Assembly: GCA_018969615.1 (NCBI GenBank)
Contig: JAGWYA010000005.1
Coordinates: 1,286-65,285, forward strand
Length of the DNA: 64,000 nucleotides
Reading direction: 5' to 3'
Source: Patescibacteria group bacterium
GTDB taxonomy: Bacteria > Patescibacteriota > Minisyncoccia > UBA6257 > 02-FULL-45-10c
Shown here: positions 25,534-36,213 of the stretch, in pieces
How positions within the stretch are numbered: the stretch's first letter is position 1
How the letters are laid out: each line of letters opens with the position of its first letter
Made by a program: the position numbers and the translations under genes
The notes under the pieces: model-generated
Database searches by the model: none
Seen by the model: only the letters and a program-made list of their open reading frames with translations
Told to the model about the DNA's origin: nothing

Positions 25534-26712
25534 ATGAAGAATGAAAAGTCTAACATAGCCGTCTTTTCCTTCGCCTACGCCCCTTTTGAAGGAGGCGCTG
25601 AAGTGGCGCTTAGGGAGATCATGCGCCGGCTCCCGGCGTTCTCCTTTACCGTGTTCACGGCTCATTTTGACGAACGAAGCTCGATCCACGAGGTTCAGGA
25701 CCATGTGGAGATCATCCGTCTCGGAAAGCCGACTCGTCGCCGGTATGGCCTGTTGGTGAAAAAGGTCCGTTATATTTTTCAGGCATGGCAGGCGGCGGAA
25801 GAGCGGCACCGCCGCGCGCGGTTCGATGCGATCTGGGTGGTGATGGCATCCTATGGCGGCATCGCCGCGTTGTTGTTCAAGATGAAGCACCCCTCGATCC
25901 CGATGCTTTTGACCGTTCAGGAAGGGGATTCGGAACGGCATTTGAAATACGGCAAATTCGGCCTGGTCGGATTCTTTGGAAAGGTTTTATTGCATTCCGC
26001 CGATGCGATCCAGGTGATCAGCGGATATTTGCGCGATTTTGCGCTCAGGAAGGGCGCGTCGGAACCGATCACGGTCGTGCCGAACGGCGTTGATGAAAAA
26101 TTGTTCGCGACTGCATACGGTCCTGATCAGCTTCGGACCTTGCGGAACTATCTTGAGATCGGCGACGACTATGTGATCGTGACGACCTCGCGGCTCGTTC
26201 CGAAGAACGGCGTTGATATTCTGATCAAGGCGGTCGCCCGGTTCAGGGAGCGCCGCCCGAACGTGAAGTGTCTGATCATCGGCGGCGGACCGGAGCGGCA
26301 ACGCCTCGAAAGGCTTTCCCGCCGTCTGGGCGTCGAGCGGAACATCGTATTTCTCGGACAAATGGCGCAGAATGATCTCCCGCTGTATTTCGCGATCGCG
26401 GACATGTTCGCCCGGCCGTCCCGTTCGGAAGGATTGGGAAATTCGTTCCTTGAGGCAATGGCGGCGGGCATCCCGGTGATCGGAACGCCGGTAGGCGGGA
26501 TCGTGGATTTTTTGAAGGACGGTGAAACGGGATTTCTTGCGCAGCCGGAGGACCCGGAAAGCGTTGCAGCGAAAATGCATGAGATACTGGATAATGAAGC
26601 GCGGACGCAGGCGATCGTTGCGCGGGCGCGCGAACTGGTGGAGCGGTCCTATACCTGGGATGTTGTGGCGCGCATGATGCGGACGATCTTCGATCAATTG
26701 ATCAATCTATGA
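25534..26712 (+). CDS. GT4 glycosyltransferase
   Basis: GGAEVA, SRLVPKNG, EGLGNSFLEAMAAG; start 25534 (MKNEK). Confidence 0.9.
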   Translation: MKNEKSNIAVFSFAYAPFEGGAEVALREIMRRLPAFSFTVFTAHFDERSSIHEVQDHVEIIRLGKPTRRRYGLLVKKVRYIFQAWQAAEERHRRARFDAIWVVMASYGGIAALLFKMKHPSIPMLLTVQEGDSERHLKYGKFGLVGFFGKVLLHSADAIQVISGYLRDFALRKGASEPITVVPNGVDEKLFATAYGPDQLRTLRNYLEIGDDYVIVTTSRLVPKNGVDILIKAVARFRERRPNVKCLIIGGGPERQRLERLSRRLGVERNIVFLGQMAQNDLPLYFAIADMFARPSRSEGLGNSFLEAMAAGIPVIGTPVGGIVDFLKDGETGFLAQPEDPESVAAKMHEILDNEARTQAIVARARELVERSYTWDVVARMMRTIFDQLINL

Positions 26713-27851
26713 AGAACCTTCTTATCGCGACCGGGATCTATCCGCCGGACATCGGCGGTCCGGCGACATATACCCGCATGCTTCGTTCCGCTCTGGGGGA
26801 TGTTTTTTCTGTTCAGGTCGTTACCTACGGCGAGCACAGCGCTGAAGACGGCGTGGCGCTGACGCGCGTATCGCGTGGCATGCCCAAGGGGATCCGTCAT
26901 TGTATGTATGCGTGGGCGGTGCTGCGCCGGGGATGGCATGCGGACGCGATCTTTGCGCAGGACACGGTGAGCGCTGGTTTTCCGGCAGTATGTGCGAATA
27001 TGATCTTGCGCAAGCCGTTCGTGGTAAAGGTGGTGGGTGATCATGCATGGGAACAGGGAGTGCAGCGGTTCGGCGTTCGGGACGGGATCGATGCTTTTCA
27101 AAAAAAGCGGTACGGCGTGCGTATTGAGCTGATGAAGCGGCTCCGTTCTTTTGTCGCGCGCCGGGCGACTCGTGTGATCGTGCCAAGCGAATATTTGGGG
27201 CGGCTGGTGGAGGGATGGGGTGTTTCGCATGAGCGGATCACAGTGATCTATAATGCGGTCGCGCCGCAGCGGGACCCGGGATCCCGCGATGCTCTGCGGA
27301 AAGAGCTCGGTATGAAAGGTATTGCGATCGTGTCTGCGGGGCGGTTGGTTCCGTGGAAGGGATTTTCTGTTCTTTTGAAAGCGTTCGCCGAAGTGCGATC
27401 CGAGATCCCGGACATCCGATTATTTATCATCGGCGACGGACCTGAGCGGACGCTCCTGGAAGATCAGGTGCGTGATTTAAAAGGTGCGGTCGTATTATGC
27501 GGAAGTTTGCCGCATGCCGCGGTGCAGAAATATCTTCATGCGGCTGATATCTTTGCGTTGAACACGGGGTATGAAGGATTTTCCCATCAGCTTATCGAAG
27601 CGATGGCTGCGGGATTGCCGGTTGTTACGACCGCCGTGGGAGGGAATGGTGAGGCGGTGCGATCTGGTGAGAACGGCATTTTGGTTCCTTATAATGATGA
27701 GCAGGCATTTGCCCAGGCGCTGAAGAGGCTTGCGGTTGATCCTAAACTTCGCGAACGGTATGCCGCGGAAGGAAAGCGTGCGGCGGAACGGTTTAGCGAG
27801 CCGGTAATGATCAATGCGACAAAAAAGATACTTCTCCGCGTATGCCAATGA
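26709..27851 (+). CDS. GT4 glycosyltransferase
   Basis: YPPDIGGPATY, GRLVPWKG, EGFSHQLIEAMAAG. Confidence 0.9.
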   Translation: MKNLLIATGIYPPDIGGPATYTRMLRSALGDVFSVQVVTYGEHSAEDGVALTRVSRGMPKGIRHCMYAWAVLRRGWHADAIFAQDTVSAGFPAVCANMILRKPFVVKVVGDHAWEQGVQRFGVRDGIDAFQKKRYGVRIELMKRLRSFVARRATRVIVPSEYLGRLVEGWGVSHERITVIYNAVAPQRDPGSRDALRKELGMKGIAIVSAGRLVPWKGFSVLLKAFAEVRSEIPDIRLFIIGDGPERTLLEDQVRDLKGAVVLCGSLPHAAVQKYLHAADIFALNTGYEGFSHQLIEAMAAGLPVVTTAVGGNGEAVRSGENGILVPYNDEQAFAQALKRLAVDPKLRERYAAEGKRAAERFSEPVMINATKKILLRVCQ

Positions 27852-29005
27852 ATGTTCTTATGTTTTCGACGGATGCGTCCGTGCTTCGACCCGGTTCGGA
27901 AACCCATAAGCGAATGAAGGAATATGGAGAGCTGTTCGACAAGCTCCGGATCGTGGTGTATGCGCCGGGAGCTTCGACGGCGCCGGTGACCGTAAGCGAT
28001 CGCGTGACCGCGTATCCCGTTGGGGTTCAAAAGCGGTGGCGGTATTTCAGCGAGGCGTATCGGACCGGGAGTATGCTTATTAAAGAAAAAGCGGTGACGG
28101 TCATAACCTGCCAGGATCCTTTCGAGACCGGTATGGTCGGATGGATGCTTCGATCCCGTTTTCATATCCCGCTCCAGCTGCAGGTTCATACGGATATCTT
28201 CAGTCCGTTTTTTGCAGCCGAGTCGTTCAAGAATCGCGTACGCGTGATGCTTGCACGATTCCTGCTCCGCCGTGCCGACGGCATCCGCGTCGTCTCCGAG
28301 CGTATTAAGCGATCGCTTTTGACTTTTGACGTTCGACTTTCGACGAAGGTCGCCGTTCTTCCCATCTTCGTAGATGTGAAAAAGATCCAGCAGGCAAAAA
28401 TAAAGGTGGATCTGCATCAAAAATATCCTGAATACGGCAAGATCGTGCTGATGGCATCACGGCTGACGAAAGAAAAGCATATCGGGCTTGCGATCGAGGC
28501 GGTGAAGATACTGAACCGATCATTGGATGGCGAGAGCAATATGCTTTTGGTGATCGTCGGGGACGGTCCTGAAAAAGAACCCCTGGGATCGATGGTTGCG
28601 GCTGCCGGCTTGGGAAAGCATGTCGTATTTGAGCCCTGGACCTTGGATATGGCATCCTATTATAGAACAGCCGATTCCTTTGTATTGACCTCTGATTATG
28701 AGGGATACGGCCGGACCGTGATCGAAGCGATGGCGGCGGGGCTCCCGGTCATTATGACCGACGTGGGGATCGCGGGAGAGCTCTTTGTGGACGGATTGGA
28801 CGGGATCGTGACGCCGGTCGGCGATGCGGGCGCGGTCGCAGAGGCGCTCTGGGTGATGCTGGGCGATGCGGGGCTTCGGGAGGGTTTTATTACGCAGTCA
28901 CTGAAGATCACCGAGTCTTTGGGGGGCAAGAAAGAATATTTGCAGGCCTATCGGGCGGCGCTGGAAGCATGTGTAACGTCGCCAAAGGCGCGTATGAAGA
29001 ACTGA
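27842..29005 (+). CDS. GT4 glycosyltransferase
   Basis: SRLTKEK, EGYGRTVIEAMAAG. Confidence 0.9.
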   Translation: MPMNVLMFSTDASVLRPGSETHKRMKEYGELFDKLRIVVYAPGASTAPVTVSDRVTAYPVGVQKRWRYFSEAYRTGSMLIKEKAVTVITCQDPFETGMVGWMLRSRFHIPLQLQVHTDIFSPFFAAESFKNRVRVMLARFLLRRADGIRVVSERIKRSLLTFDVRLSTKVAVLPIFVDVKKIQQAKIKVDLHQKYPEYGKIVLMASRLTKEKHIGLAIEAVKILNRSLDGESNMLLVIVGDGPEKEPLGSMVAAAGLGKHVVFEPWTLDMASYYRTADSFVLTSDYEGYGRTVIEAMAAGLPVIMTDVGIAGELFVDGLDGIVTPVGDAGAVAEALWVMLGDAGLREGFITQSLKITESLGGKKEYLQAYRAALEACVTSPKARMKN

Positions 29006-29007
29006 TC

Positions 29008-29766
29008 ATGGCAAATATTATTGTGATCATACCGACCTATAATGAGCGCGCATCGATCGCGCATCTTTTGGATACGCTTGAGCTTGAGTTCCATGCGATC
29101 CGCGGCCATCAGATGGGCATTTTGATCGTTGACGGTAATTCTCCCGACGGAACGGCTGACATTGTGCGCCGGAAGATCAAAGAGCACGCGAACATCCATC
29201 TCCTGGTGGAACAGCAGAAGCGCGGTTTGGGCATGGCCTATATTGCGGGAATGAAATATGCGGTGCAGCGGCTGAATGCGGATGCCTTTATCGAGTTCGA
29301 CGGCGATTTCCAGCATGATCCGAAGGATATTGCGCGCCTGGTCGCTGCGTTCGACGGGGGATATGACTATGTGATCGGCTCACGGTATGTCGCCGGCGGA
29401 GAAGTGCCCGCGCACTGGCCATGGCACCGGAAGATGCTGAGCCGGTTCGGAAGCTTGTTTGCCAAGGTGGTGTTGCGGCTGCCGACGAACGATAACACGT
29501 CGGGATTGAAGCTGACGCGGGTCCGGGGATTTTTCACGGCGTTGCCGTTGTCCGAAGAAGCACTGCTTTCGAAGCGGTATGCCTATAAGATCCAATTTCT
29601 GCACGCCATGATCGCCGCCGGTGCGCGGGCGAAGGAGGTTCCGATCGCATTCCTGGAGCGGGAAGGCGGCGTTTCAAAGAGCTCGCTGGAGGATGTGACC
29701 GATTCGCTCCGGGTCGTTTTGACGCTGGCCTACCGAGATTTTCAAAAAAGCCCGTCAGGTTTTTAA
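29008..29766 (+). CDS. GT2 polyprenol-monophosphomannose synthase-like
   Basis: IPTYNE, DGNSPDGT, GLGMAY, DGDFQHDP, IGSRY; start 29008. Confidence 0.9.
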   Translation: MANIIVIIPTYNERASIAHLLDTLELEFHAIRGHQMGILIVDGNSPDGTADIVRRKIKEHANIHLLVEQQKRGLGMAYIAGMKYAVQRLNADAFIEFDGDFQHDPKDIARLVAAFDGGYDYVIGSRYVAGGEVPAHWPWHRKMLSRFGSLFAKVVLRLPTNDNTSGLKLTRVRGFFTALPLSEEALLSKRYAYKIQFLHAMIAAGARAKEVPIAFLEREGGVSKSSLEDVTDSLRVVLTLAYRDFQKSPSGF

Positions 29767-29773
29767 GAATCGT

Positions 29774-30808
29774 ATGAAATTACTGATCGTGACCCAAAAA
29801 GTAGACATGAACGATCCGGTGCTCGGATTTTTCCATGCGTGGCTTGAGGAGTTCGCGCGGCAATGCGAACGCGTGACGGTGATCTGCCTGCAGCGGGGCG
29901 AAACGCGTTTGCCGCAGAACGTAACGGTGTATTCGCTCGGCAAGGAACGCCGTCCGTCGCGCGTTGCCTATCTGTGGCGGCTGTATCGCTTTGTGCTCCG
30001 CGAACGGAAGAATTACGACGCGGTGCTGGTGCATATGAATCCGGAGTATGTGATCCTGTGCGGTCCGCTGTGGAAGATACTCGGGAAGCGGGTAGCGCTG
30101 TGGTATACGCATAAAGCCGTGAATATGAAATTACTGATCGCCGCGCGCTGGGCGGATAAGATCTTCACGGCATCCGCGGAAAGCTTCCGGTTGCCGAGCA
30201 AAAAACTTTCCGTGCTGGGGCATGGGATCGACGCTGGGCTGTTTGCGCGCCATCCGTCACATGCTCCTGTGACGCGGTTGCTGACGGTCGGCCGCGTTTC
30301 CGATGCGAAAGATGTGCGTACGCTGATCCTCGGAGTTGGGGAAGTACACGAGCAGCAGCCGGAGGCGCCGTTGGTGTTCGATGTCGTCGGCGGACCGGCG
30401 GTGCGCGCTGACGAATGCTACCTGCATGAGCTGGAGAATCTTGTTGCCTCCTGGGAGCTTGGCGGCGTCGTTCGTTTCCTCGGTGAGCGGACGCATACGG
30501 AACTTCCGGCGATCTATGCGGCGTACGGTCTTTTTCTTCATGCGAGCCGGACGGGGAGCATGGATAAGGTGGTTTTGGAGGCGCTCGCCGCGGGCCTGCC
30601 GGTGATCACCTCGAGCGAAGCATATCCCGGATTCCCGAATGTCCATCGCTTCACGCCGGGCGACCCGCACGCCCTTGCCCGTGGTATCATGAAGATGATA
30701 GCGGAGAAGCCGTCCGCCGCCGATGCCGAGCATGCGCGCTCGTTCATCCGGGAGCGCTACGGACTTGGGACGCTGATCGGCAAGATCGTTCACGCATTGG
30801 AGCACTAA
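29774..30808 (+). CDS. GT4 glycosyltransferase
   Basis: VGRVSDAK, TGSMDKVVLEALAAG. Confidence 0.85.
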   Translation: MKLLIVTQKVDMNDPVLGFFHAWLEEFARQCERVTVICLQRGETRLPQNVTVYSLGKERRPSRVAYLWRLYRFVLRERKNYDAVLVHMNPEYVILCGPLWKILGKRVALWYTHKAVNMKLLIAARWADKIFTASAESFRLPSKKLSVLGHGIDAGLFARHPSHAPVTRLLTVGRVSDAKDVRTLILGVGEVHEQQPEAPLVFDVVGGPAVRADECYLHELENLVASWELGGVVRFLGERTHTELPAIYAAYGLFLHASRTGSMDKVVLEALAAGLPVITSSEAYPGFPNVHRFTPGDPHALARGIMKMIAEKPSAADAEHARSFIRERYGLGTLIGKIVHALEH

Positions 30809-30811
30809 CGT

Positions 30812-32251
30812 ATGTCTTCCTTCGGATCGCGAAAACACATGGCCGCGTTCGCGCTTATCTTTCTGGCGCTTTTTGTGATCGGAACGTGGAAATTATCGGC
30901 GAGCCCCGCGACCTGGTTCGACGAGGGGATCAATATCGGCATTGCGCAAAGCCTGGTGCAGCACGGCGTATATAACCTGCCTGTCGGGCCGGGGCAGTAT
31001 GTCGCGATGAAGCAATTTTTGGTCACGACCAATTATCCGGTGCTCCTGCCGGTCGCGCTTTCACTGAAACTGTTCGGTACCGGCCTTGCCGCCGCGCGCG
31101 TCCCGATGGTGGTCTATCTGTTCCTGTTCGTTCTTGCGGCGTATCTTTTGGTTCGTCGGATCGCGGGAGAGACTGCTGCGTTGTGGACCGCGGCGTTGAT
31201 CGTGACGTTCGTGCCGTTCTACGGGAACGGGAAGGATGTGCTCGGTGAAGTGCCGGGACTTTTCTTTTTAGTGGCTACCTTGCTGGTTCTTCCGGATGAA
31301 TGGGATGTGATGCGGCTTTTGGGCGCAGGCCTCTTGCTGGGGCTCAGTATTGCGACCAAGCCGTTCTTTTTATTGGTGATCCCCGCGATCGCGGTCGGGG
31401 AATGGTACCGCGCCCGATGGAGCCTTCGAGCCCCGGATCTCTGGAAACGCTTGGGGATGCTTGCGCTCGGCGCGCTGGCGCCGCTTCTCGGCTGGCTGTA
31501 TACGATCCTGCCTGAGCCGTCGGTCGCAGGCGTGGTCGCGATGGTGCATTATTATTCGAACTCATACGCAAGCACGGATATCGGAGGTCTGATCGGCGCC
31601 AATATCCTCCGGTTCGTTACGGAGACGACCCCGATCCACTTCTTCTTACTTGCGATGGCAGCGCTTGCTGCGGTGATCGTGCGTTTGCGCCGCAGCGCCC
31701 GTTTGTGGGAAGCCGAAGTGGTTGCTTATGTTTTCATCGGATTGAACGTGCTGTGGTATCTGAAAACGCCGGGGTGGTACCGTTATTTTTTCCCGGCTCA
31801 TCTGCTGATCTTCTTGTTCGCGCCTGCGGCGCTTCTTGCGCTGTTCCGCAAGCGGACCGCCATGATCATACTCACGGTGCTTTTAGTGATCCAGGCTGGT
31901 TATTTGTTCACGAAGCGAAATGATCCGCTCTATAATTCCGATGAGGCGAATGTCTTTTCGAGCTATGTCCTCGCGCATACGGATCCGGCGAAGACGATCT
32001 TCGTTGCGAACGCGCCGAGCGTTGCGTTCCTTTTGAGCGCGCGCAATCCGTATCAGTATCTGCAGATCAATCCGACGCTTGCCTTCGGCAGCGGTGCCAT
32101 TGTGATGAACGGGAAGGGGGTCTATGATTATATCGTTGTCGATCGGCCGGTTGAAAATATCCTGATCCCGAACCTGACGCAGGTTCTTGCCGCGGATTAT
32201 ACCGCGACTGAAACGGTCGGTCATCTGACCTTATACACGCGAAATTCATGA
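30812..32251 (+). CDS. GT-C glycosyltransferase (GT39-like)
   Basis: WFDEG motif, ATKP, multiple TM segments. Confidence 0.8.
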   Translation: MSSFGSRKHMAAFALIFLALFVIGTWKLSASPATWFDEGINIGIAQSLVQHGVYNLPVGPGQYVAMKQFLVTTNYPVLLPVALSLKLFGTGLAAARVPMVVYLFLFVLAAYLLVRRIAGETAALWTAALIVTFVPFYGNGKDVLGEVPGLFFLVATLLVLPDEWDVMRLLGAGLLLGLSIATKPFFLLVIPAIAVGEWYRARWSLRAPDLWKRLGMLALGALAPLLGWLYTILPEPSVAGVVAMVHYYSNSYASTDIGGLIGANILRFVTETTPIHFFLLAMAALAAVIVRLRRSARLWEAEVVAYVFIGLNVLWYLKTPGWYRYFFPAHLLIFLFAPAALLALFRKRTAMIILTVLLVIQAGYLFTKRNDPLYNSDEANVFSSYVLAHTDPAKTIFVANAPSVAFLLSARNPYQYLQINPTLAFGSGAIVMNGKGVYDYIVVDRPVENILIPNLTQVLAADYTATETVGHLTLYTRNS

Positions 32252-32988
32252 GCACGACACGCCTCACCCTTATTTTCCCGGTCTATAATGCCGCGCCGTT
32301 CCTGCGCGATTCCCTTTCCGTCCTCGGGCAATGGCTGCGCATTCATCCCGAAGCGGATTGCATCTTTGTGAATGATGGAAGCACTGATGAAAGCATGGCG
32401 ATCCTTGAGGAGGCAAAGAAGGATTTTCCGCAGACGTTCCAGATCATCGACATGGGCGCGAACAAAGGGAAGGGAGCGGCGGTCCGTGCGGGGATGCGGC
32501 TGGCAACCGGCGATCTGATCGCGTTCACGGATATCGACCTGCCTTACGGACTTCCGATCTTCGATGCGATGCGGGCCGTCATGGATGAGGATCCGAACCT
32601 TTCTTTTTTATACGGATCACGAAGCCATGCGGATTCCCGTTTCAAGGGATATGGCGCGCTTCGGCATGTCGGGCGGCGATTCTTTTCACTCGCGATCCGT
32701 ACCATGGTCATCACGGACACTTCGGATACGCAATGCGGGATCAAGATGTTCCGCAAGGATTTTGCCGACGTGGTTGCGCACCGGTCCGTGATCGATCGGT
32801 TTGCGTTCGATATTGAGCTGTTTGTGATCGCAAAGGTGAACCATTTTCATGCTATGGATTTTCCGGTGCGGCTGTTGCGTCATCGCGAAAGCAGCGTACG
32901 GATCGTGAAGGATACGATCACGATGTTGAAAGATATGCGCCGTATCCGGGAGCGGATCCGGAGCGGTGCGTATTCCTCATCGGCGTAG
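32248..32988 (+). CDS. GT2, dolichyl-phosphate glucosyltransferase-like
   Basis: PVYN, NDGSTD, NKGKGAAV, DID, DTQCGIK. Confidence 0.88.
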   Translation: MSTTRLTLIFPVYNAAPFLRDSLSVLGQWLRIHPEADCIFVNDGSTDESMAILEEAKKDFPQTFQIIDMGANKGKGAAVRAGMRLATGDLIAFTDIDLPYGLPIFDAMRAVMDEDPNLSFLYGSRSHADSRFKGYGALRHVGRRFFSLAIRTMVITDTSDTQCGIKMFRKDFADVVAHRSVIDRFAFDIELFVIAKVNHFHAMDFPVRLLRHRESSVRIVKDTITMLKDMRRIRERIRSGAYSSSA

Positions 32989-33025
32989 GGAACCGCGTAC
33001 ACGGATCATCGGTTGTACATACTAT

Positions 33026-34885
33026 ATGTGCGGGATCAACGGATTTAATTTCAAAAGTGAGGCTGCGATCCGCGCGATGAACGCGGCGAACGCTCATCGC
33101 GGCCCTGATCGGACGGCGGCCTGGTGCGAAGACGGCGTTTCGCTGGGCCATAACCGGCTTTCGATCATCGACCTTTCTCATTCCGCTGATCAGCCGATGA
33201 CGGATATCTCCGGGCGATATATGATCGTGTTCAACGGCGAGATCTATAATTTCCGCGAGTTGCGGGAAGAGCTTGCGAAGACCTATGCGTTCAGTTCCAA
33301 GAGCGACACGGAAGTGATCCTGGCAGCCTACCGGAAATACGGCGCCGACTGCGTGAACCGATTGAACGGCATTTTTGCGTTCGCGATCTGGGACAAGGAA
33401 GAACAAGAACTGTTCCTTGCACGCGATCACGCCGGCGTGAAACCGCTCTATTATTATTTTGACGGAAAGCGGTTCATTTTCTCATCGGAGATCAAATCGA
33501 TCCTCGTGCATCAGGATGTCCGGCGGGCCGTGGATCCGACGGCGTTTAATTTATATTTTCGGATGCTGTATGTCCCGGAGCCGTATACGATGTTCGCCGG
33601 GATCAAAAAGCTCCCGCCGGCGCATCATCTTACGTTAAAGGGGACGAAACTGACGATCGAAAAATATTGGGAGGTCTCCGATTTTACCGATGTGCGCTCA
33701 CATGCTGATGCCGTGAAGCACGTTAAGGAGCTTTTTGATGCGTCGGTTCGGCGCCAGCTCATTTCTGACCGTCCGGTCGGCGTGTTCTTAAGCGGCGGGA
33801 TGGATTCCACGGCGGTCTTGGGATCGGCGCTGAAGACCGCGCCGGGAAAGATGAAAACGTATGCGGTCGGATTTGAAGATTCTCTTGAGCCTGAAAAATT
33901 TAATGCTGATGTGGAATTAGCGCGTCGGACGGCGCAGTTCTACGGAACCGATCATCATGAGCTGATGATCTCGGGCGATCACGTGAAGACCTATCTTGAG
34001 TCGATCGCATGGCATATGGATGAACCGAACGCTAATCCGACCGCGGCGGCGATCTATCTCCTTGCGTATCAGGCGAAAAAGGATGTGGCGGTCGTGCTGG
34101 GCGGCGACGGCGCGGACGAGCTTTTTGGCGGATATCCTCGGTATAACGCCGCGCAGCTTGTGCGTCTTGCGCAGCGCCTCCTCGGTCCTTCTTGGGCGCG
34201 CCGCGGCGCGGCATTGGCGGCTCGGGCGGTAGGGAAGCATGCAGTGGCCAGGAAAATAACCGCGACCGATCCGACTGAGATCTTTTTATCCTATCTTGCA
34301 CAGCCAGAGGAGCTTTTGAAAGAAGCGCTCGCGGCAAAACATATCGACCCTCAGGCTGCCCGGCACCATTTTTCCCGGTATTTCAGCGCGCCATACGCTG
34401 AGGGCGAGGATCCGTTGAAGCGGTTTATGAATGTCGACCGTCAGAGCTGGCTGGTGGATGATTCGTTGCTCCGGACCGACAAGATGACCATGGCATTCGG
34501 CCTTGAAGAGCGCGTCCCGATCTTGGACAGGCAGTTGATCGAATATGCGAACAGGATCCCGGTACGGTGGAAGTTTGCGCCGCAGACAGGACAGGCGTCA
34601 TTTGCCGGAAAGGAGATCTGGAAGCAGGCGGTCGAGGAATATCTGCCGGAGCATATCGTGAACCAGAAAAAGCGCGGCTGGTTCACGCCGATGGCGAAAT
34701 GGATGCGCGGACCGTTAAAGCCGTTCGTAGAAGGAACGATCGCGCGTCTTGAACCTGAGTTCTTTGACCGGCAGGGGATGGAGCGTATGTTTGCCGATCA
34801 TCTGAGCGGGAAGCGGTACAATCTTAATATGATCTGGGCTGTGGTGATGTGGCAGCTGTGGTACGACCGGTTTATAAAAGGATAA
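33026..34885 (+). CDS. asnB: Asparagine synthase (glutamine-hydrolysing) family amidotransferase
   Basis: N-terminal MCGI, HRGPD, FNGEIYN, LSGGMDS, GDGADELFGGY. Confidence 0.92.
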   Translation: MCGINGFNFKSEAAIRAMNAANAHRGPDRTAAWCEDGVSLGHNRLSIIDLSHSADQPMTDISGRYMIVFNGEIYNFRELREELAKTYAFSSKSDTEVILAAYRKYGADCVNRLNGIFAFAIWDKEEQELFLARDHAGVKPLYYYFDGKRFIFSSEIKSILVHQDVRRAVDPTAFNLYFRMLYVPEPYTMFAGIKKLPPAHHLTLKGTKLTIEKYWEVSDFTDVRSHADAVKHVKELFDASVRRQLISDRPVGVFLSGGMDSTAVLGSALKTAPGKMKTYAVGFEDSLEPEKFNADVELARRTAQFYGTDHHELMISGDHVKTYLESIAWHMDEPNANPTAAAIYLLAYQAKKDVAVVLGGDGADELFGGYPRYNAAQLVRLAQRLLGPSWARRGAALAARAVGKHAVARKITATDPTEIFLSYLAQPEELLKEALAAKHIDPQAARHHFSRYFSAPYAEGEDPLKRFMNVDRQSWLVDDSLLRTDKMTMAFGLEERVPILDRQLIEYANRIPVRWKFAPQTGQASFAGKEIWKQAVEEYLPEHIVNQKKRGWFTPMAKWMRGPLKPFVEGTIARLEPEFFDRQGMERMFADHLSGKRYNLNMIWAVVMWQLWYDRFIKG

Positions 34886-34888
34886 CGC

Positions 34889-36208
34889 TTATGAGCGTAT
34901 GGCGGCGGTGTGGAACGCGTTGCGGGCCCCTGCGGCAGCAAAAAGAAAAAGGAGCGGTGTGAAGGGGAGCATGTACCGGCTCATATCTCCGGTGCTTGGA
35001 TTGATCGCTCCGGCTGCAAATAAGTTAAGCGCGAGCAGTACGGTAAAAAGCCCCCACCAAAGACGGGTTCGCCCATCGGCGATGCTGTAAAGCGCAAAGA
35101 GATCGATCAGGAGCCAGAGAAGGTTCCCTGCGGCTATTGCGGCGAGGAGCAGAGAATAACGCAGTCCGCTTCCCCAGGCGGGAAGTTTTGCGAGAATGAC
35201 CTCGTTCACGAGATATTCATAGCCGTGGTTCCAGAACGAGGCCCAGGTTGCGGAGAGGTGGAAAATCGCGTAGTCGAGCGGATGCGCAAGTACGACACTC
35301 AGGAAAGACGTTTTATAATAAGCGGCATAACTGAAATTGAACCGCGTTACCGAAAGACCCGGTCCGATCACGGGAGCCGGGGGATAAGCGATATGTTCTG
35401 TTTTTGCGAACGATGCTCCGACGATCGTATAGAGTTCGTACGATGCCGCCGTCGAGAGGCTTGCGGTACCGAATTGTGCCTTATTGCGGATCAGCCAGGG
35501 TGCCAACATGAGCATAAAAAGGATTGCCATGATCACGATCGTTTTTCCAAGCGCGGCGTAATTGATCCGGTCGCGGTTCTCAAGGAAGGCGCGGATCGGG
35601 AGGAACAGAAGAAAAGGGATGAAGAAATAGAGCGCAAGGGGCCGGGTAAGGGTTGCAAGGCCCATGGCCAGTGCGAACGACTTGTAATTCTTTTTTATGA
35701 AAAGATAAAAACCGGCGATGCAGAAGAACGCAAAAAACGTGTCGGACATCAGGAGGTTGCCCCAGTAGAGATTCATCGGATCAAGCCCGGAAGCGAGTGC
35801 GCCGACCAGCGCGATCCGGTTGGACGAGAACAGCGTCATCCCGATGCGATAGACAAGGACAGCTGTAAGCGCGATAAGTATATTTTGCGTGATCACAATG
35901 CCAAAGAGCGGAAGTTGAACGGCAAGAAGCGCCGCAATGAACAGGGAATAAAGAGGCGTATGATAGGCGTCGGGAAAGAAGGGCGCCTGCTGCGCGATAC
36001 TGAGCGTGCCGTGATGAAGAAGATTGAGCGCACTTTGATAATAGAAATAGAATGCATCGGAATAGGAAACGAACACATGCTCTCCGAAATGAAGCTGGGA
36101 GACAACGGCGAAGAACGCATGCGCGGCAAAGACGATAAGAAAAATAGCCGTCTCGGTGCGATGGGTCTTCAAAAATGCAGCGAGGCGGTCCCTGAGAGCG
36201 GCGCGCAT
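34889..36208 (-). CDS. GT-C-like multi-TM glycosyltransferase
   Basis: SDAFYF, HTPLY, LMSDT, LATLTRP, PWLIRN. Confidence 0.75.
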   Translation of the reverse strand: MRAALRDRLAAFLKTHRTETAIFLIVFAAHAFFAVVSQLHFGEHVFVSYSDAFYFYYQSALNLLHHGTLSIAQQAPFFPDAYHTPLYSLFIAALLAVQLPLFGIVITQNILIALTAVLVYRIGMTLFSSNRIALVGALASGLDPMNLYWGNLLMSDTFFAFFCIAGFYLFIKKNYKSFALAMGLATLTRPLALYFFIPFLLFLPIRAFLENRDRINYAALGKTIVIMAILFMLMLAPWLIRNKAQFGTASLSTAASYELYTIVGASFAKTEHIAYPPAPVIGPGLSVTRFNFSYAAYYKTSFLSVVLAHPLDYAIFHLSATWASFWNHGYEYLVNEVILAKLPAWGSGLRYSLLLAAIAAGNLLWLLIDLFALYSIADGRTRLWWGLFTVLLALNLFAAGAINPSTGDMSRYMLPFTPLLFLFAAAGARNAFHTAAIRS

Positions 36209-36213
36209 AACGA